A stretch of 64,000 nt of DNA, taken from assembly GCF_021869535.1 (NCBI RefSeq), contig NW_026262581.1, positions 4,712,001 through 4,776,000 of the forward strand, given 5' to 3'. This document shows, one piece after another, positions 26,150 to 40,429 of this stretch (positions are counted from its first letter, which is position 1; every line of letters begins with the position of its first letter). The DNA is from Mytilus californianus (lineage: Eukaryota). The notes under the pieces were generated by a model. It had not been told where the DNA came from. It made no database searches and saw nothing but the letters and a program-made list of their open reading frames with translations. Position numbers and translations under genes: made by a program.

Positions 26150-28252
26150 ATAGGAAACAGTGATCACAACATTGTTCTTCTGGACCTAACTTGCAAACCA
26201 GTAAAACCCAAACCTACTAGACGAAAATTACCTCTGGAAAAAAGCTGAGATTCATAAAGTACAAGATGACTTAACATTCAGCATAGTCTTCAAGAACCAA
26301 TCTCATCAGAGTATAGAAATAATGTGGCAGACTTTTACATCCACAAATAAGACCATCATAGAAAACAGAGTTCCCACAAAAATAACACAGTCAAAACACA
26401 CCAATCCGTGGTTGAATGCCAAGGTTAGACGGAAAATCAGCCAAAAGCACAGAGCCCATGCTAAACCCTGGAAAAGAAAAAAGAAAAAAGACAAAGACAG
26501 TTACGTGAAACTACAGACAGAAGTTCAATATGAAACCAGGAAAGCAAACAAACAGTACATGACAGATGTTATATGTGATAAAGATAACACCAACAGATTA
26601 TGGTCATATATCAAAAGTAAAGAACAAGAATTTATAGCAGTTGCACAATTGAAAAACCAACAAGGATTTCTACAAAGTGACAACCAGAGTAAAGCAAACA
26701 TACTCAATGAGCAATTTGGTTCAGTTTTCACCAAAGAGGATTACACAAACTTCCCAGACAAAGGACCAAGTACATTTCCAACAATGAAGGGCATTAACAT
26801 CACTGTACATGGAGTCTATAAACTGTTGAAGAACCGGAAACTCAAAGGTCCAGACGACATCCCAGCATTTATACTCAGAGCAGCAGCCCAACAACTAGCA
26901 CCAATCTTATCACTGTTATACCAACACTCCCTCGACACAGGAGAAGTTCACCAAGATTGGAGAGATGCCTTAGTAGTACCAATTTTCAAAACAGGTGAAA
27001 AACACATACCTGCAAATCACAGACCAGTATCCTTAACATCAGCCTTGCTGAAGGAGCACAAGTTGATATCATCCTACTTGACTTCACTATGGCTTTTGAC
27101 AAGGTCCCACATGTCAGACTACTGCATAAGCTGTCATACTATGGAGTGAACCACAACACAGTAAGATGGATCGAATCATTCTTGGCCATCAGAAATCAGA
27201 AAGTAGTGTTAGAAGGAACAAAATCAATACCAGCTAAAGTCTTGTCAGGAGTACCACAAGGATAGGTGCTAGGCCCTCTCTGGTTCCTTGCCTACATAAA
27301 CGATATGCCAAAAACAACCAAAAACTCAGAGACACAACTCTTTGCTGATGATACCATCTTGTTCCTTGCCATTAATGGGGCATCTGACAGCCAGTTGCTG
27401 CAGGAAGATCTAAGCCTGCTTGAGGAATGGGAAAGAAGATGGCAAATGAATTTCAACCCAAGTAAACAGACAGTAATAAGAGTAGCACTTAATAACACCA
27501 AGTCAGTTATTCCCTCTAACTACCAACTTTATTGCCACACTTTGGAAACAGTTGACTCCAGGTCTCCAGCAAGAACCTGGGAGTCATAATAGCCAGTAAC
27601 CTTTCCTGGGACAAACATATAGAAAACATAGTTGCCAAGGGAACAAGCTACACAACAATAGTTAGACCTACAATTGAATATGCAGCCACGGTATGGGACC
27701 CAACAACCCAAAGAAAAATCAAGGCCCTGAAAAATGTGCAAAGAAGAGTAGTGTGGTTTGTCACCAATAACTATAGACAGAAAACCTGAATGTGTGACCA
27801 ACATGATAGCAACACTTGGTTGGTAAAGTCTAGAACAGAGAAGACTCAACGGTAGACTTTGTATACTATACAAAATACAACACCAGCTTATAGCAATCGA
27901 CAGTAACCTAAACCTTAGGTATAAAGAACAAGAGGTCAACACTGTCTCTTCCAAAAAAAGATCCAACAACGAGGTATACAGAAACTCCTTCTTTTAAGAA
28001 CAGTCCGAGACTGGAATCTCCTACCAGCCATCACAGTCGCTGCAGCCACCATAGAGGAGTTTATAGCTAACCTAGGAGTTAGCCAAACCAGTTACTAGAA
28101 AGGGACTACATGTATATAATTTAAATTGTACAAAACATACCCTTTAAATGTAAATAGACTAGGGGACTACATCTGTGTGCGCCAGACATAGTAGCCCAAC
28201 AGAGCTTTAAACAGTTGGCAACAACTCCTGTTCTTTAACCGGAAGAAGAAGA
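26150..28252 (+). mobile_element. 5'-truncated CR1-like LINE with internal deletion, frameshifts and stops
   Basis: Endonuclease tail (SDH) at ~26160; ORF 26322-27149 (PWLN, GPDDIP, W..A.VVPIFK.G, N.RPVSLTS); AFDKVPH, SGVPQG, LGPLWFLAYINDMP and FADD; 3' end ccggaagaagaag. Confidence 0.9.
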
Positions 28253-30224
28253 GTATATTTTTTTCATCTGAATAACTTAATTACACATTTACTTTTAAAA
28301 TCAAATAAAGTTTTTCTGGGAGACATCTCTGTTAAATATATTCCCCATAAGGTCTTTTATTGGCAACCGTAGCCATCTTGGAAAATCAATATTGAACCTT
28401 AATCAAAACACTAGGCGATTACATGTAATGTCTTGCATGCAATCATCATTATAAAGGAAAATTGCTTTATTTTTGCAGAAGAAACTGCTTGGCAAATTGA
28501 AATCAAAGAATCTCTGAAGGAAATATTTCTTGAAGTACTGGTTTGTGATTTGAATGTTTGTAAATATTAAATTAAAATATACTAATCCCAGATAATTTCT
28601 AATGAAAAATAAAGATTAAGATATTTGAAGTTTCCAGTCAAGCAGAAGGCATTTCCAATGGCTGACATGCACCAAATTATCAAAACTTGGTCAGGACAAG
28701 TGGCCACGCCATAACACAAACCGTAAATAAATTAAGCTTAAACTTTAAAATTTAAAACTGGGAAAAATGTGAAATCAAGTAAATGCTTATTACAAAAATT
28801 TTATAAAGTTGTTATAATACTGCAAACCTAATACTGACCCATTTTTCACATTAATAATTTGGACCTCAATTAAAAGGTCATCTGTCATATAGAGTAGGTT
28901 TTCTCTTCTCCCAAGGCTAACATCTATACAGATTTGACTGTACCTTCTCTCTGATTGAAGGAGATTATGCAAAAATTATTTGAGTTGTCATGTAACAAAT
29001 TTACACCTGGTAGATAGACAAAGGTACAATGTGTGTTATAACTGTCTTTAAATCTAACACAAATCCACGATTTGAGGGGGGGCGGGGTTACTCCTGAGAA
29101 TTAAGAATTTGATGACCTTATTATAACACAAAATTGGCTGTAATTTTACATTCATTACATTTTGTTTTCATTTTTTTATGGGGCCTGGGCACAGGGTGCG
29201 CCCCAATATTGATTTGCACCTGGTACCAGTAACTGAGATAACCGTTCTATAGACATCTTAAACCAGCCAACAGCAAAAAAAAAAGAGAAACTACATAAAG
29301 TCCAGAGACATATTCATACCTTTTTATACTAACACAGACAAGTTTACACAACAAAATAGAATAAATTTTCTCTCAACTAATACCTTGCAGTATGAAATTG
29401 ATTGAAGATATGAATAATGGTCAATGTAGTTCTATATAAATGGACAGACAGAACACTACAGAAAAATCAATATTCTACCTCCAGCAACATGTAGAAATAG
29501 TCTATAAAATAAATTCATATTACTCTGGGGAAATTAACATCAGCAACAAATGATTACATATCTACCAAATAAACGTTGCATGAATAATTTTTATTTATTT
29601 CACACTCAATTGTGTTTCTGCATGACCTTCAACTTGGTATACATATATACAATCATCTTAGCTTCAGTAATTGCATTATAATGCAAGAAAGCTCAGCAAT
29701 TAGTCTTTGATTTCTTTACAAATCAATTGCTTCTCAACATTTGATAGAGAAGCTTTTCTTTTTTAGCCAGTTTTTATGTTATTTGTAAATAAAGAATTTC
29801 ATCAGAGAAAATAATCTCAAAATAAAACAAAATAAAAATGTGTATTTTGTCCATGTCAGGGCCTTTTATAGGTCACTACACTGCAAGGGTTTTGCTCATT
29901 GTCAAAGGCTGTATGGTGACCTATTGTTGTTTACATCCTAATCCCTTGGTCGCTAATGGATATTTATCTCAATGGCAATCACATACCACATCTCCTTATT
30001 TTTATACTGGAAGCAATTACCATGATTGTACTACATGTTGCATTGTTTTTGTTTCCTGTTTGGTTTTCCTTCTTGTCCTTAGAAGGAAAAGTCAAATCTT
30101 CCCCCAGTTCACTTACAATGTTAAAATATGATTACAAGTCATTGAGATTTATACAAGTTTTACATGAATATCAGGCTGAAAACATATTATCAAATGAAAT
30201 ATGAATATAAACCCTGCTTTGTAT

Positions 30225-30405
30225 TAGACCATCACATTGAGCAGGATTTTTTACATGCTAATTCACAAGGTTACATTCCCAAGAAAGACATGTCCCCTTA
30301 TACAGATGCATTATTCAGACTTCGTGCCAACCATTCTTTGCTCTTACTCCTAAATGTGGCTTGGTTAGCAGAGAATCAGTAAATATCAATTTTCTAGTCT
30401 TTCAT
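30225..30405 (-). mobile_element. Degenerate bivalve SINE core (Meta/MESC-type)
   Basis: Reverse complement resembles the remembered core ...aattgatatttactg...agagcaaagaatggttggc...gacatgtc; a second copy lies at 54010-54230. Confidence 0.5.
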
Positions 30406-32004
30406 TTTGAAAAAGGACACGGCTAATTTTCTGACAAAAGTTGTTCTAGCATGTAATAACTTGCATTGTGACCAAAATGTTGTAGAACTGTTTTTTTTTT
30501 TCAGAACAGTAGCAATCAAATATAATTGATATCCTAATTGGTTTTGAAAAATAGTCCTTAAAAGGAAAAGTTCTATCAAAATCACTCAAGCCCAAAATAT
30601 AGGTCATCTAACTAAAAAATATTTTTTTTTTTTTTTTTTAGTTAAGATAGTTGTGGAAGTAAATGATCACTAGTATATATATCACCAAACTTCTCTGAGG
30701 AATGGATGCACAGTAGAAGATAGACATGAGTAAATCTTGACCCTCAAACAAGTCAAGAAAAGCATAACAATAACAAAAAGATAGACTGAAAACATTAAAC
30801 AAATATGTATGTCTTATGATTAAAGGGTTATGTGGGTTATAAGTAAGTGAGATAGTTACTCAATGACACAAATAACCAGAAGACATGCAGAATGATTGTG
30901 TTTTTGTTCTTGATACTGACTTTATCAGCAAGAATATAAAGCAAGGCAACTGAGGAAGTCAGTTTTAAAAAATAAAATGCCAATATTCTTTTTATCAGCA
31001 ATTTGTCTTAACAATACATTTTTTGGTTGAGAATATAAAATAAAATGAAATAGTAAGTTAAACAATTTTTGTGCATACAAAATGATAATGATAGTTGCTC
31101 AGTTGTATGAATGAAGTCACATGCATTTCAACGATAAATTGACGTGGATGGATATGAATGTGTAATGTTATTGCACTGCTATGGGACGTTGCTGCCTAAT
31201 ATTTTTGAGTATCAGGTCCAATCCATGATCTTAAACAGTATTAGGCAGTAGGATCAAAGGGAAAATGTACAAATTGTAAATAAATCTAGAGATCACGTTT
31301 GATCTTCAGCAAAAGACAAGTGTCTTAACAATACGTCAAACTCTAAACGGACCTTTCTAGAAACAAGTTGGTACTTCAAAATTCCCTGCAGTTTACCAGT
31401 ATGCTACATGTATATAAAAAAATTTGAAGAACACTGACAGTTTATCAGAAAACTTAACATTAAAAATATAGATTTTTAACTGCAAAGTCAGCAATCATAT
31501 ACTTCACATGAAATATATATCAACCTTTATTGGATTATAAATATAAAACCATAAATTATCACCTTTCACTGCATTTGAGCTGAAGTATTGATTTTCAATA
31601 ATACAAGGTGAAATAAAGTTTACATGTGTTGAACAAAAAATGTTTTTGCTTCTATATATATAAATGCAAAATATATTCTTTCAGTAATGAAATGCAGTTC
31701 TTTAGAGATTATGTACAAAGGGAAATAACCCCTGAATTATATCTTTTAATAGCTTCATTTTAATACTAAGAAATGAAAATGGCCTAAAACAAAATTGTGG
31801 TTTCAGCAAACTCAAGTTGTACAGAAAAATTGCTATAAATAACAAAATTTATTTTATTATTTTGGGAGAAGGTTTTAATTTTCATTTAGTTTTCTTTAAT
31901 GTAGCAACCCCAAAGACAGTTTACACTACTGATGAAACTTAGATGCTGTACAAAGGGGAATAATTCAATCATTCCTTTCATAATACTTGCAAAAATAATT
32001 GTGA

Positions 32005-32340
32005 ATAAACTGCTTCGCCGAGCACAACTGGATAGGACCACAGAGGTCCAACCCTGAACCGTTGGGGCAAAAATGGACACAATATTCAAGCTTGATACAG
32101 GTCTGAATTTGGATTGTAAATAAATATTTGACACATTATAGGTTTCTGACACAGAATAAATGTAGTCAAAGAACTTGAAATTGGTTATATGCTTTGAATT
32201 TACATTCAATTGAAGATTTCTTGCTGTTTGTGCAATACACTGTGCTGATGCGCAATACTTAGTAAATCTGTTTTCAGACTATATACAAAGAATTAGCAAA
32301 ATAAATTGTGACCCCCAATTTTTTATTTTTGGAAAATTGA
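32005..32340 (-). mobile_element. 3' fragment of a HINE family D relative
   Basis: Reverse complement of 45880-46036 (accctgaac.gttggggca...caagcttgataca...gtttctgacacagaat). Confidence 0.75.
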
Positions 32341-32581
32341 TAATTTCTTAAATCAGTCAGGGATATAACTCTATAGGGTTATTACAGTTAATAACTTGCA
32401 TGTGTTATTACAGATACTTTCATGAGTTGTCTACTCTTTAATCCTTAAATTTTCTAAATCTGTAATAACATATGTTTGTTATTTGTAAAATAAATCATAC
32501 ATAATATGATTTTTAGTGGGCTCTAGGGAACTCTGGAAACTTTGCGCAGAAACTAAATGCATAGCCTTGATAACTAATTAA

Positions 32582-33215
32582 GAAATAATTCATGGGGGCT
32601 TGAATATATCGTGATTTTACCACGGGTTGGCCCTTTATGACAAATATTTTACCCTGAGCGATAGCGAGGGGTAAAATATCGGCATAAAGGGATAACCCGT
32701 GGTAAAATCACGATATATTCAAGCCCCCATGAATTATTTCGATTCTAATAGGACAAATACGGCAATTGTTTTGGATCGAAGCGCTCTAGATGAAGGCATT
32801 ATTTGCCGTTCCCATAAATAAACGCACTATTAAATTGACGTAAAAGACCGGAACAAACTGAATAAATGACATGCTTAAACTATTTACAATAACATATTTA
32901 GATAGGTTTGGATGAATCTAAATGATAATTGTACTTATATGTCTTATATGTATACAAAAAATGGCTTATATAACACATTTTTGCATCGTTTATTTACGTC
33001 TCCTCGTTGTGATGATTTTCGGTTTCACAAGCGTGTATTTTCCCGTAAAATGCTTATATTCTTACGTCATCGTTCTATGACGTCGGGTAGCTCATTCATA
33101 AAAAAACATATGACGCGGGAGTACGATTGGAACAGCCCAAACAATATATTCATATTTTACCACGGGTGTGTACTCAAAGCGTTTGAAGAACGTCATGTTA
33201 GAATTTTTGAATTAA
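32582..33215. mobile_element. Non-coding CpG-rich element starting with a 159-bp palindrome; class unresolved
   Basis: Perfect 47-bp inverted arms at 32582-32628 and 32694-32740 with inner stems; arm motif attttaccacggg recurs near 33155; right boundary approximate. Confidence 0.6.
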
Positions 33216-34852
33216 ATTAATACATTTTTCATTAACCATGGTAAATCAATGAGACGAGGCTTTTAAGGGATAAACTTTGCTGTAATAACAAGGCTTAGTT
33301 ATTAAAGGCATGTAACTTGTTATATGAGACACTTGGGAATTCCTGGGAAGCTTGCGCAGAACCTCATTACATGCTCTGATCATTATTTCTTACAATAAAT
33401 TAAAATTCATTGAAATTAAGCATGATGAATGTCTGAGCAAATGCTTTGGAGTGATGTTGAGAAGCTATAATAACACCCTTTAGTTATTATAGGCATATTT
33501 TTTCTGTAATAACATAGGTGTACTATGCATGATTGGCAAACTATGAACTGTTATATCTTTCTATAGTTAAGTATACATAAAGACAATAGTAATATCAATA
33601 GAACTTGTATACATTTTAACAATACTAATGATTTATATTGTCCCTTTGAAACATGTAACATACATATGTTATCACAGTTCTTTGATTTTTTAGTCCACAA
33701 TAACAAATATATGTTATTTTTCTCTAATAACGCTATAGAGTTATATCCTTTACTGTAAATCTTCAGGAAAAAAAATTGACACCCAAAAAAAAAAATTTTC
33801 TCAGTTTTTGTATGATATATAGAAAATATCATATAAATTAAAAAATTCAAATTAACAAACATTTTAGATTCATATCTCATTTGAATGCAAATGTCATTTC
33901 TCACTAATATAATGCTTGTAAAAATCTTTGTGTAAACTATACAAAGATGCTACGCAACTAAGCCATCATGTGCAGATTGTTTAAACACGAATAATATACT
34001 CCAGGCGACAAATGAATAGTATATTTACAGTTTTCCAACTAAACTAATATTTGAAAACGTTTTCTGTTTATGGCTTCAATATTTTTTTAATTTATTCAAA
34101 ATCACACACAACTTAAACTTAAGCTTTACAAATAAAATATACGGTAAAATCACAAGTTGCGATAGTAGTAAAACAGCTTGGTGGTAAGATTCAAAATTAT
34201 TTCATTAATTTGTGTTAAAAAAAAAGTTTTATGTATGCTCTTCTAAACTTTGTCCTCTTTCCATGTAACACTTGTCTCACAATACATAGCAAGAAAAAAA
34301 GCAATTGATTTCTTTCACATTTTGTGCATTTTCCTGTACATTTCTGATGAAATAACCCAGAATATGTAGTTACCTCACTGTAAAAGTGGATTGTTCTAAG
34401 ACGTCATTTACGGTGATTGACCTAGTGTCAACCAGCATATCTCATTCATAAAAGAGAATATTAATATTGGTCTTTATGAAAATAAGAAGATGTGGTATGA
34501 TTGCTAATAAGACAACTCTCCACCAGAGACCAAATGACTTAGAAGTTAGCAACTGCAGGTCACAGTACGGCCTTCAACAATAAGCAAAACCCATACAGCA
34601 TAGCAAGCTACAAGTATAAAAGGTCCTGAAATGACAAATGTAAAACAATTCAAAACTAACAGCCTGATTTATATACAAAACAAGAAATGGAAAAAAAGTG
34701 ATATACAGCAACAACTGACAACCAGTGAATTACAGGCTTCTGACTTGGGACAGGCAAATAAAAAACTGGCTGGATTTAAACGTGTAAGCAGACACCAGAC
34801 ACTCCCTCTAACCTGGGACAGTGGTGTAATAGCACAATATAAGAATAAACTA

Positions 34853-36010
34853 TAACAAGACTGCACACACTGAAATGTCTCGCCTGCTTTACTTATTGTG
34901 ATTGAACTTATGTTTAAAGTCTGTAATATGAAGATTTTGCTACAAATATCACATAAAGTGTTTGATAAACTTAACATTATTCATAGAAATGAGGTCAAGA
35001 TCAGGTTCAGTCAGGGGCCAGACAGACATGTACACCTTGAAATCATACCACACACCAAATATATAATGAACCTATTGTGTATACCATCTGAGAAACAGAC
35101 CTAATTATGAAAACTTAACAATGACCACTGAACCATAACATTAATGAGGTCCAGGTCAGATGAACCATGCCAGACAACATATTCCCCATGCAATCATTCC
35201 TCAAACCAAATATTGTTGACTTATTGCTTATAGTACCTGAGAAACAGACATAATTTGTAACAATGAAAAATTAGAATTGACCAATGAACCATGAAAATAA
35301 GGTCAAAGTCATATAAACCCTGCCAGACAGACTACACCTTATGATCATTCCATACCCCAAATAGAGTTTCCAATTGCTTATATTGATAGATAAACTGACA
35401 AAACCTGGAAAACTTAACATTGTCTAATGAACCATGAAAAAAGGTAAAATCAGATGAAACTTGCTAGACAGACATGTACACCTTAAAATCATATGCTTAT
35501 AGTATCTGAGAAACAGACCAAACCACAAAAACTGGACTTGATCAATAATCCATGAAAATGAGGTCAAGGTCAGATGAAACCTGCCAATCGGACATGTACA
35601 CCTTACTATCATTCCATACACTAAATATTGTTGACCTATTGCTTTAGGTATTTGAGATAAGGACTTGACAACCAAAAAGTTAACCTTAATCACTGATCTA
35701 TGAAATGTGGTTGAGGCCATGTGAACCCTGTCTGACAGACATGTAGACCTTGCAAGGATCCTATATATATCTTAATAAGTGAGTATTTCACATGACAATA
35801 AAACTATAATTTTTTTCAAGCAGTCGCTGAACATTGTAAATGAGGTCAGGGACAATGGTCATATGACAGACAGAAACTTTGTAACATAAGGCATCTACAT
35901 TGTACATGTATACAAGGTATGAAGCATCCAGGTCTTCTACCTTCTGAAATATAAATCTAGGTCCTTTATACAAATAGCTTATGTTGTTACCACAGGATTT
36001 TAATTCCTAT
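34853..36010 (-). mobile_element. HINE family E with ~7 diverged 120-150-bp core units
   Basis: Repeated catgaaaatgaggtcaaggtcagatgaa...gacagacatgtacacctt; left end aacaaga...atgtctcgcc carries the same sub-TIR as families A and B. Confidence 0.7.
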
Positions 36011-36620
36011 GCCTTGCATTCAAATCAGTTGAAAAGAGCATAACTCATCAAAGAGATATATACGAAGCACACAAATAACTAACAAAAACTCTTAAGGCAC
36101 CAAGTAGACATCTGAGAGAGCACTTACAACTTTTCTTTAATAGAGGTCTATTTCACTTTTTATAGCTTGTACTAAAGTATTATTGATTGTAAACCTTATA
36201 TGTCATTCTAATAGGGGCCACATTAACTTAAAATAGACCATATATTGAGTTTGTTTTTATAAATGAGTTACATCGGTTGTTTGAAATCAATTGGCGTAAA
36301 TGATGTCATTGAACAATCAGTTCTTACTGTGATGTACATGTAATGATATAAGCATTTTGACATAGGAAATGTACAGGAAAATACACAAATTAGAAATAGA
36401 AATTAGTCTATATGGACTGGATCAACCTGGGGCAGGAATGACATGACACCAACCAAATACCTTATCGCTATTTATCCGCCATTGCTGGACATCACAAACA
36501 TTCCTGCAAAATTTTGACATCACAGTAGAAAAAGTCTGACGTCACAAAGGAAAAGTGATTGTTTATGATGTCAATACTTCAAGTTCCGCAGATTCTCAGG
36601 TCAAGTGTCACAGAGCTTTC

Positions 36621-37202
36621 GAGATGTTTCTGCCACACTACCAGTTCATCCACAAGTCGTTTCGGCCACACTACCAGTTCGTCCACAGACGTTTTGGTGA
36701 CAGTCAATTCGCCCATACTTTTTCATATTGTTCTTATACATTAAGGTGGTATGGGAGCATAAACGAAAAATGATTTTTTCATACTTTGCCAAAAAGTAGC
36801 ATATATTGTGATATGTTCAAAAATAAAATAAAAATAATGATAGGTCACCGAGCTTTTTTTCAAAATACTGGTAGTGGTTGTGAAAAAAAATTAATTTTGT
36901 TGGATTACCATATCTTGTTATATTGTATATCACTTTTCATTAACAATCATATCTTGTTATAAAATAGTATTTTTATTAAAAATCAACATTTTACGAATAT
37001 TTTTATAACATTCTTTAATTAAAACACATTTTTATCAATGCATAAAAATTAATGATTAAAATGTATTTTTATCATTTCTGATTCTAGAAACAATTATATT
37101 TTGCTCCTTTGATAACAATAAATACACCATGGCTGAAACAACTTTACAAAGTATGGCCGAACTGGAAGCATGGCCGAAACGGCAGTGTGGCCGAAACGTC
37201 CT
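36621..37202. mobile_element. MITE-like element with repeated GTTTCGGCCAC sub-terminal motifs
   Basis: Left gtttc(t/g)gccacactaccagttc twice; right ggccgaa three times, ending gtgtggccgaaacgtcc (inverted). Confidence 0.55.
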
Positions 37203-37914
37203 GCATTGGTCCTGGGGCTAATATTATACTAACGGGATTAGAATCTTGTAGGTTTTTCCTTGTGATATGACCTAATTACTTGTCTCCACAGGATAAAACA
37301 AGACTTGCTAGGATTTGGAGAGATATATCAATGGCTATGTAAATTTACAGAATAATTCCAAACGATCGTCACAAACATTTTAAACATTAAATATTAAACG
37401 AAACAAAATATAAATTGTCGTTAAGAATGACATATAAAAGAGAGATTTTCAGGTTGTGAAGTGATTTAAAGCGTTGTGAAATGATTTATTGCTGTCAAAG
37501 CCCCCGTTTTTATTCACGACCCCTTAGCATATAGGCACACTTCTGTAACGTTATATATTCATATATAACTAAAATAAAGCGACAAAGTTAAAATTTATTG
37601 TTTTTTTCTGAAGAAAGAATTCAATTTCATGACATTCCATCAATAACTATAATAATGATTTTCAACTAAGAAAACAATTTGTGATCAACACAAATATTTT
37701 TTATTGAAATTATTTGTTCTTAAGATTAAATATTTAAAAGAAAATGACAATTAATTTCTCATTTGAATATACACACGTCTCAGAGATATATGATTACACA
37801 GTATGACATGTATATTAGGTGGGAATTATTTGATTACAGGTAAATGGCAATGAACATTTGAGCGATAAAAAAAAAAGTTTTGAGCACCGAAGTATAGGAC
37901 ATTTGAGTGAAAAT

Positions 37915-38365
37915 AAGTTAAGAATGATGAAGGAGTACCTTCTGACATAAAAAAAAATCCCTCATTATTTCATGCTGGCAGTACCGTGAATGCAAGTTCT
38001 GTTCCTTTTCCTTGTCTGTTCGGCTCGGAGGTATATCAATATTCAAACTCTGAATTTTAATGCAAGTCAGAGATTGTAATTTGACAATGGTGTCAAGAAA
38101 AATATAAATGAATAGGTGACTATGATAAAATTGCACATTATAATGGGCATGAAATGATTCAGGTCCATTGTTTGTACGTTATTTTTCGTAGATGGAAGTG
38201 AGGCCCAGAGATAAGGGAGAAACAAAGATTCGTCTGTGATGTAAGTTTCAGTCAAGTAATCGTCAAAGTCTATATAAGGCTTTTCGTTAGGTAAAACAGT
38301 CATGAAATCCTCATCAAAACAGTCTGCTACTTCCCCTGGAGCCAAGAAAGCTATCCCAAACACTC
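37915..38365 (-). pseudogene. Mutator-like (MULE) transposase C-terminal remnant
   Basis: Joining frames of ORFs 38067-38363 and 37918-38136 gives FGIAFLAPGEVADCF...DYLTETYI...F.P.LWA...TNNGPESFHAHYNVQFYHSH, the typical MULE C-terminal TNNxxExxH motif; frameshifted. Confidence 0.7.
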
Positions 38366-38834
38366 CTTTCAGCCATTTACTGATACCTGAAAATACCTCT
38401 TTATATTGTTGACTTAATCTAATTTTCTGAATTTTTCGCCACCAGTATATTTAGTATAACTTGTTTCATCAATGAAAATAAATTTTACAAAGAAAAACAC
38501 AAATTTTTGAACAGAAATTCAAAGGACAAAAGGTGATATTATATATTTTTTAATTGTTCCTATTTACTGTATATCTCTGTTAATAATACGGAAATAAATA
38601 GAAAAAAAAAGAAAGAGTATTATACATTTGTAATCGCAATTGCCGATTCTCTACTAAAATAAACTTTAGTTTCTGTTTTATTGTTTATTTTATCATTTTG
38701 GAATTAATTAAAAATTTTAAACATTATTAAGACAAGGAAGGAATATTCTTTGCTGCACTCTCAAAATCAAAGAGTACATATTGTATCAGACAAAATTAAA
38801 GACAATTCATTCAGTGTTAGTTTAAAAAAAAAAA

Positions 38835-39300
38835 TTGCTTTGCCGAGCGCAGCTGGATACGACCGCAGAGGTCCAACCCTGAACAGTTGGGGCAAAAATG
38901 GACGCAATATTCGCGCTTGATACAGATATTTGACACATAAAAGGTTTCTGACACAGAATAACTGTAGTCAAAGAACTTAGAATTGGTTATATGATTTGAA
39001 TTTATATTCTATTTTTTGCTTTTGTGCAATACACTTTGCTGTTGCAAATTGACAATTGACCCCCCTCCCCCCCACAAAAAAAAGATAAAAAATTTACCCC
39101 CCTCTTTTTTTTTGCTTTTGTGCAATACACTATACTGTTGCATATTAACCCCTCCCCACACACACACACTTTTTTTTTGTAAAAAAAATATTTGAAGAAT
39201 TTTTCTTTTTAATTTCTGAAATCTGAAATGAGAAAAAATTGACCACCCATCAATTTTCTGCCAGACCTACATTTTTTTATATCAGTTTTTTATACAGTAA
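38835..39300 (-). mobile_element. HINE family D relative, internally deleted
   Basis: gcgcagctggatacgaccgcagaggtccaaccctgaacagttggggc is the reverse complement of the family D 3' end; right boundary approximate. Confidence 0.7.
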
Positions 39301-39827
39301 GAGAACGAAGATAGGATGTCTTTACAGTGACAGCTGCTTTAGTGGATTGTTTTAGAAAATATCTAAAATTCAATTGAGTTCTTTTATTTAATAATTACTA
39401 CAATATATTTTTTATTTTTTTTTATTGTGTACCACTGAACTGCAGGTTAGGGTAATTTTTTTGACAGTTCTCTTAAGATTTTTAATTGATTACAACTTTC
39501 TCAGGAAAGTGAGGACTGAAAAGTCAATTCAGTTTTAAATTTCCCTCTTTAAAGTTCCCAGTTACAACTCTCATCACAGGGATACATGTACTTACAAAAA
39601 ATCAATCAGATTGATATAAGCTGTGTGCAGCTTGTTTCCAGATCTTACTTTTTGTTATCCTTGTATATTTTGATATATTTGTAAATTGCATGAATAAATA
39701 TGTTTAAACTTCAAAAAGCAACATTTGAAAATTTTATAATTTTTTTACCATTATGTTGGTACACAAAATTTTGTTTTAATGGAAGACTACTTTTCATATA
39801 ATAAATGTCACAATTTAAGTGTTCAGA

Positions 39828-40037
39828 TACTGTAAATTCAGAAATTATTGCGAGGTTTTTATAATGCGAATAATGCGACTTGGTGACTATTGCAATAATA
39901 AGAACTCGCATTCTGATATCTGTTACATATATCTGTATGCAGATTTTCATGATATCGCAATAATTAATCTCGCATTTTTGTCCATTTTTGAAAAATCGCA
40001 ATAATAAATGCACGCAATAATTTCTGAATTTACAGTA
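39828..40037. mobile_element. 210-bp Tc1/mariner-type MITE
   Basis: Perfect 25-bp inverted termini including TA: tactgtaaattcagaaattattgcg / cgcaataatttctgaatttacagta; degenerate inverted copy at 56875-57070. Confidence 0.9.
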
Positions 40038-40429
40038 CATTAACTTTTATTTTGGTGGATAATTACTCATGAATTGAGGTGCTCCTTTATTGGAAGAAGA
40101 TTCGCAATACAGTTACAGTTACAGAAAGAATGAAAACTGCCGTTTCTCTCCCCAATCTCATGTATCCCCATTGTTTACCGCAAAAGTTGACCTACAAAGC
40201 ATTGATGTTTGAATCATCTATAGCAAACATACTAACTAACTTTAATAAATTTTCAACAAGGCAAATTTCGATTCCCCACTAATAGGTTAGCACCAAAAAT
40301 GCTAAATATTACTAAAATCCTAGAGAACTGTCTGCCGGTCATTAGGTCTTGCACAAAAACCCAATTTGCCGGACCTGCTCAATTTCTGCCCCCTCGGGCC
40401 GACAGGTCCGACGATTAGTTGCATCTCTG

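Noticed and set aside
26525-27969. Minus-strand ORFs over the CR1-like LINE
   Set aside because: Antisense shadows of the decayed ORF2.
39711-40040. 109-aa and 61-aa ORFs on opposite strands with the same start peptide (YCKFRNYC)
   Set aside because: An artefact of the MITE's 25-bp inverted termini.
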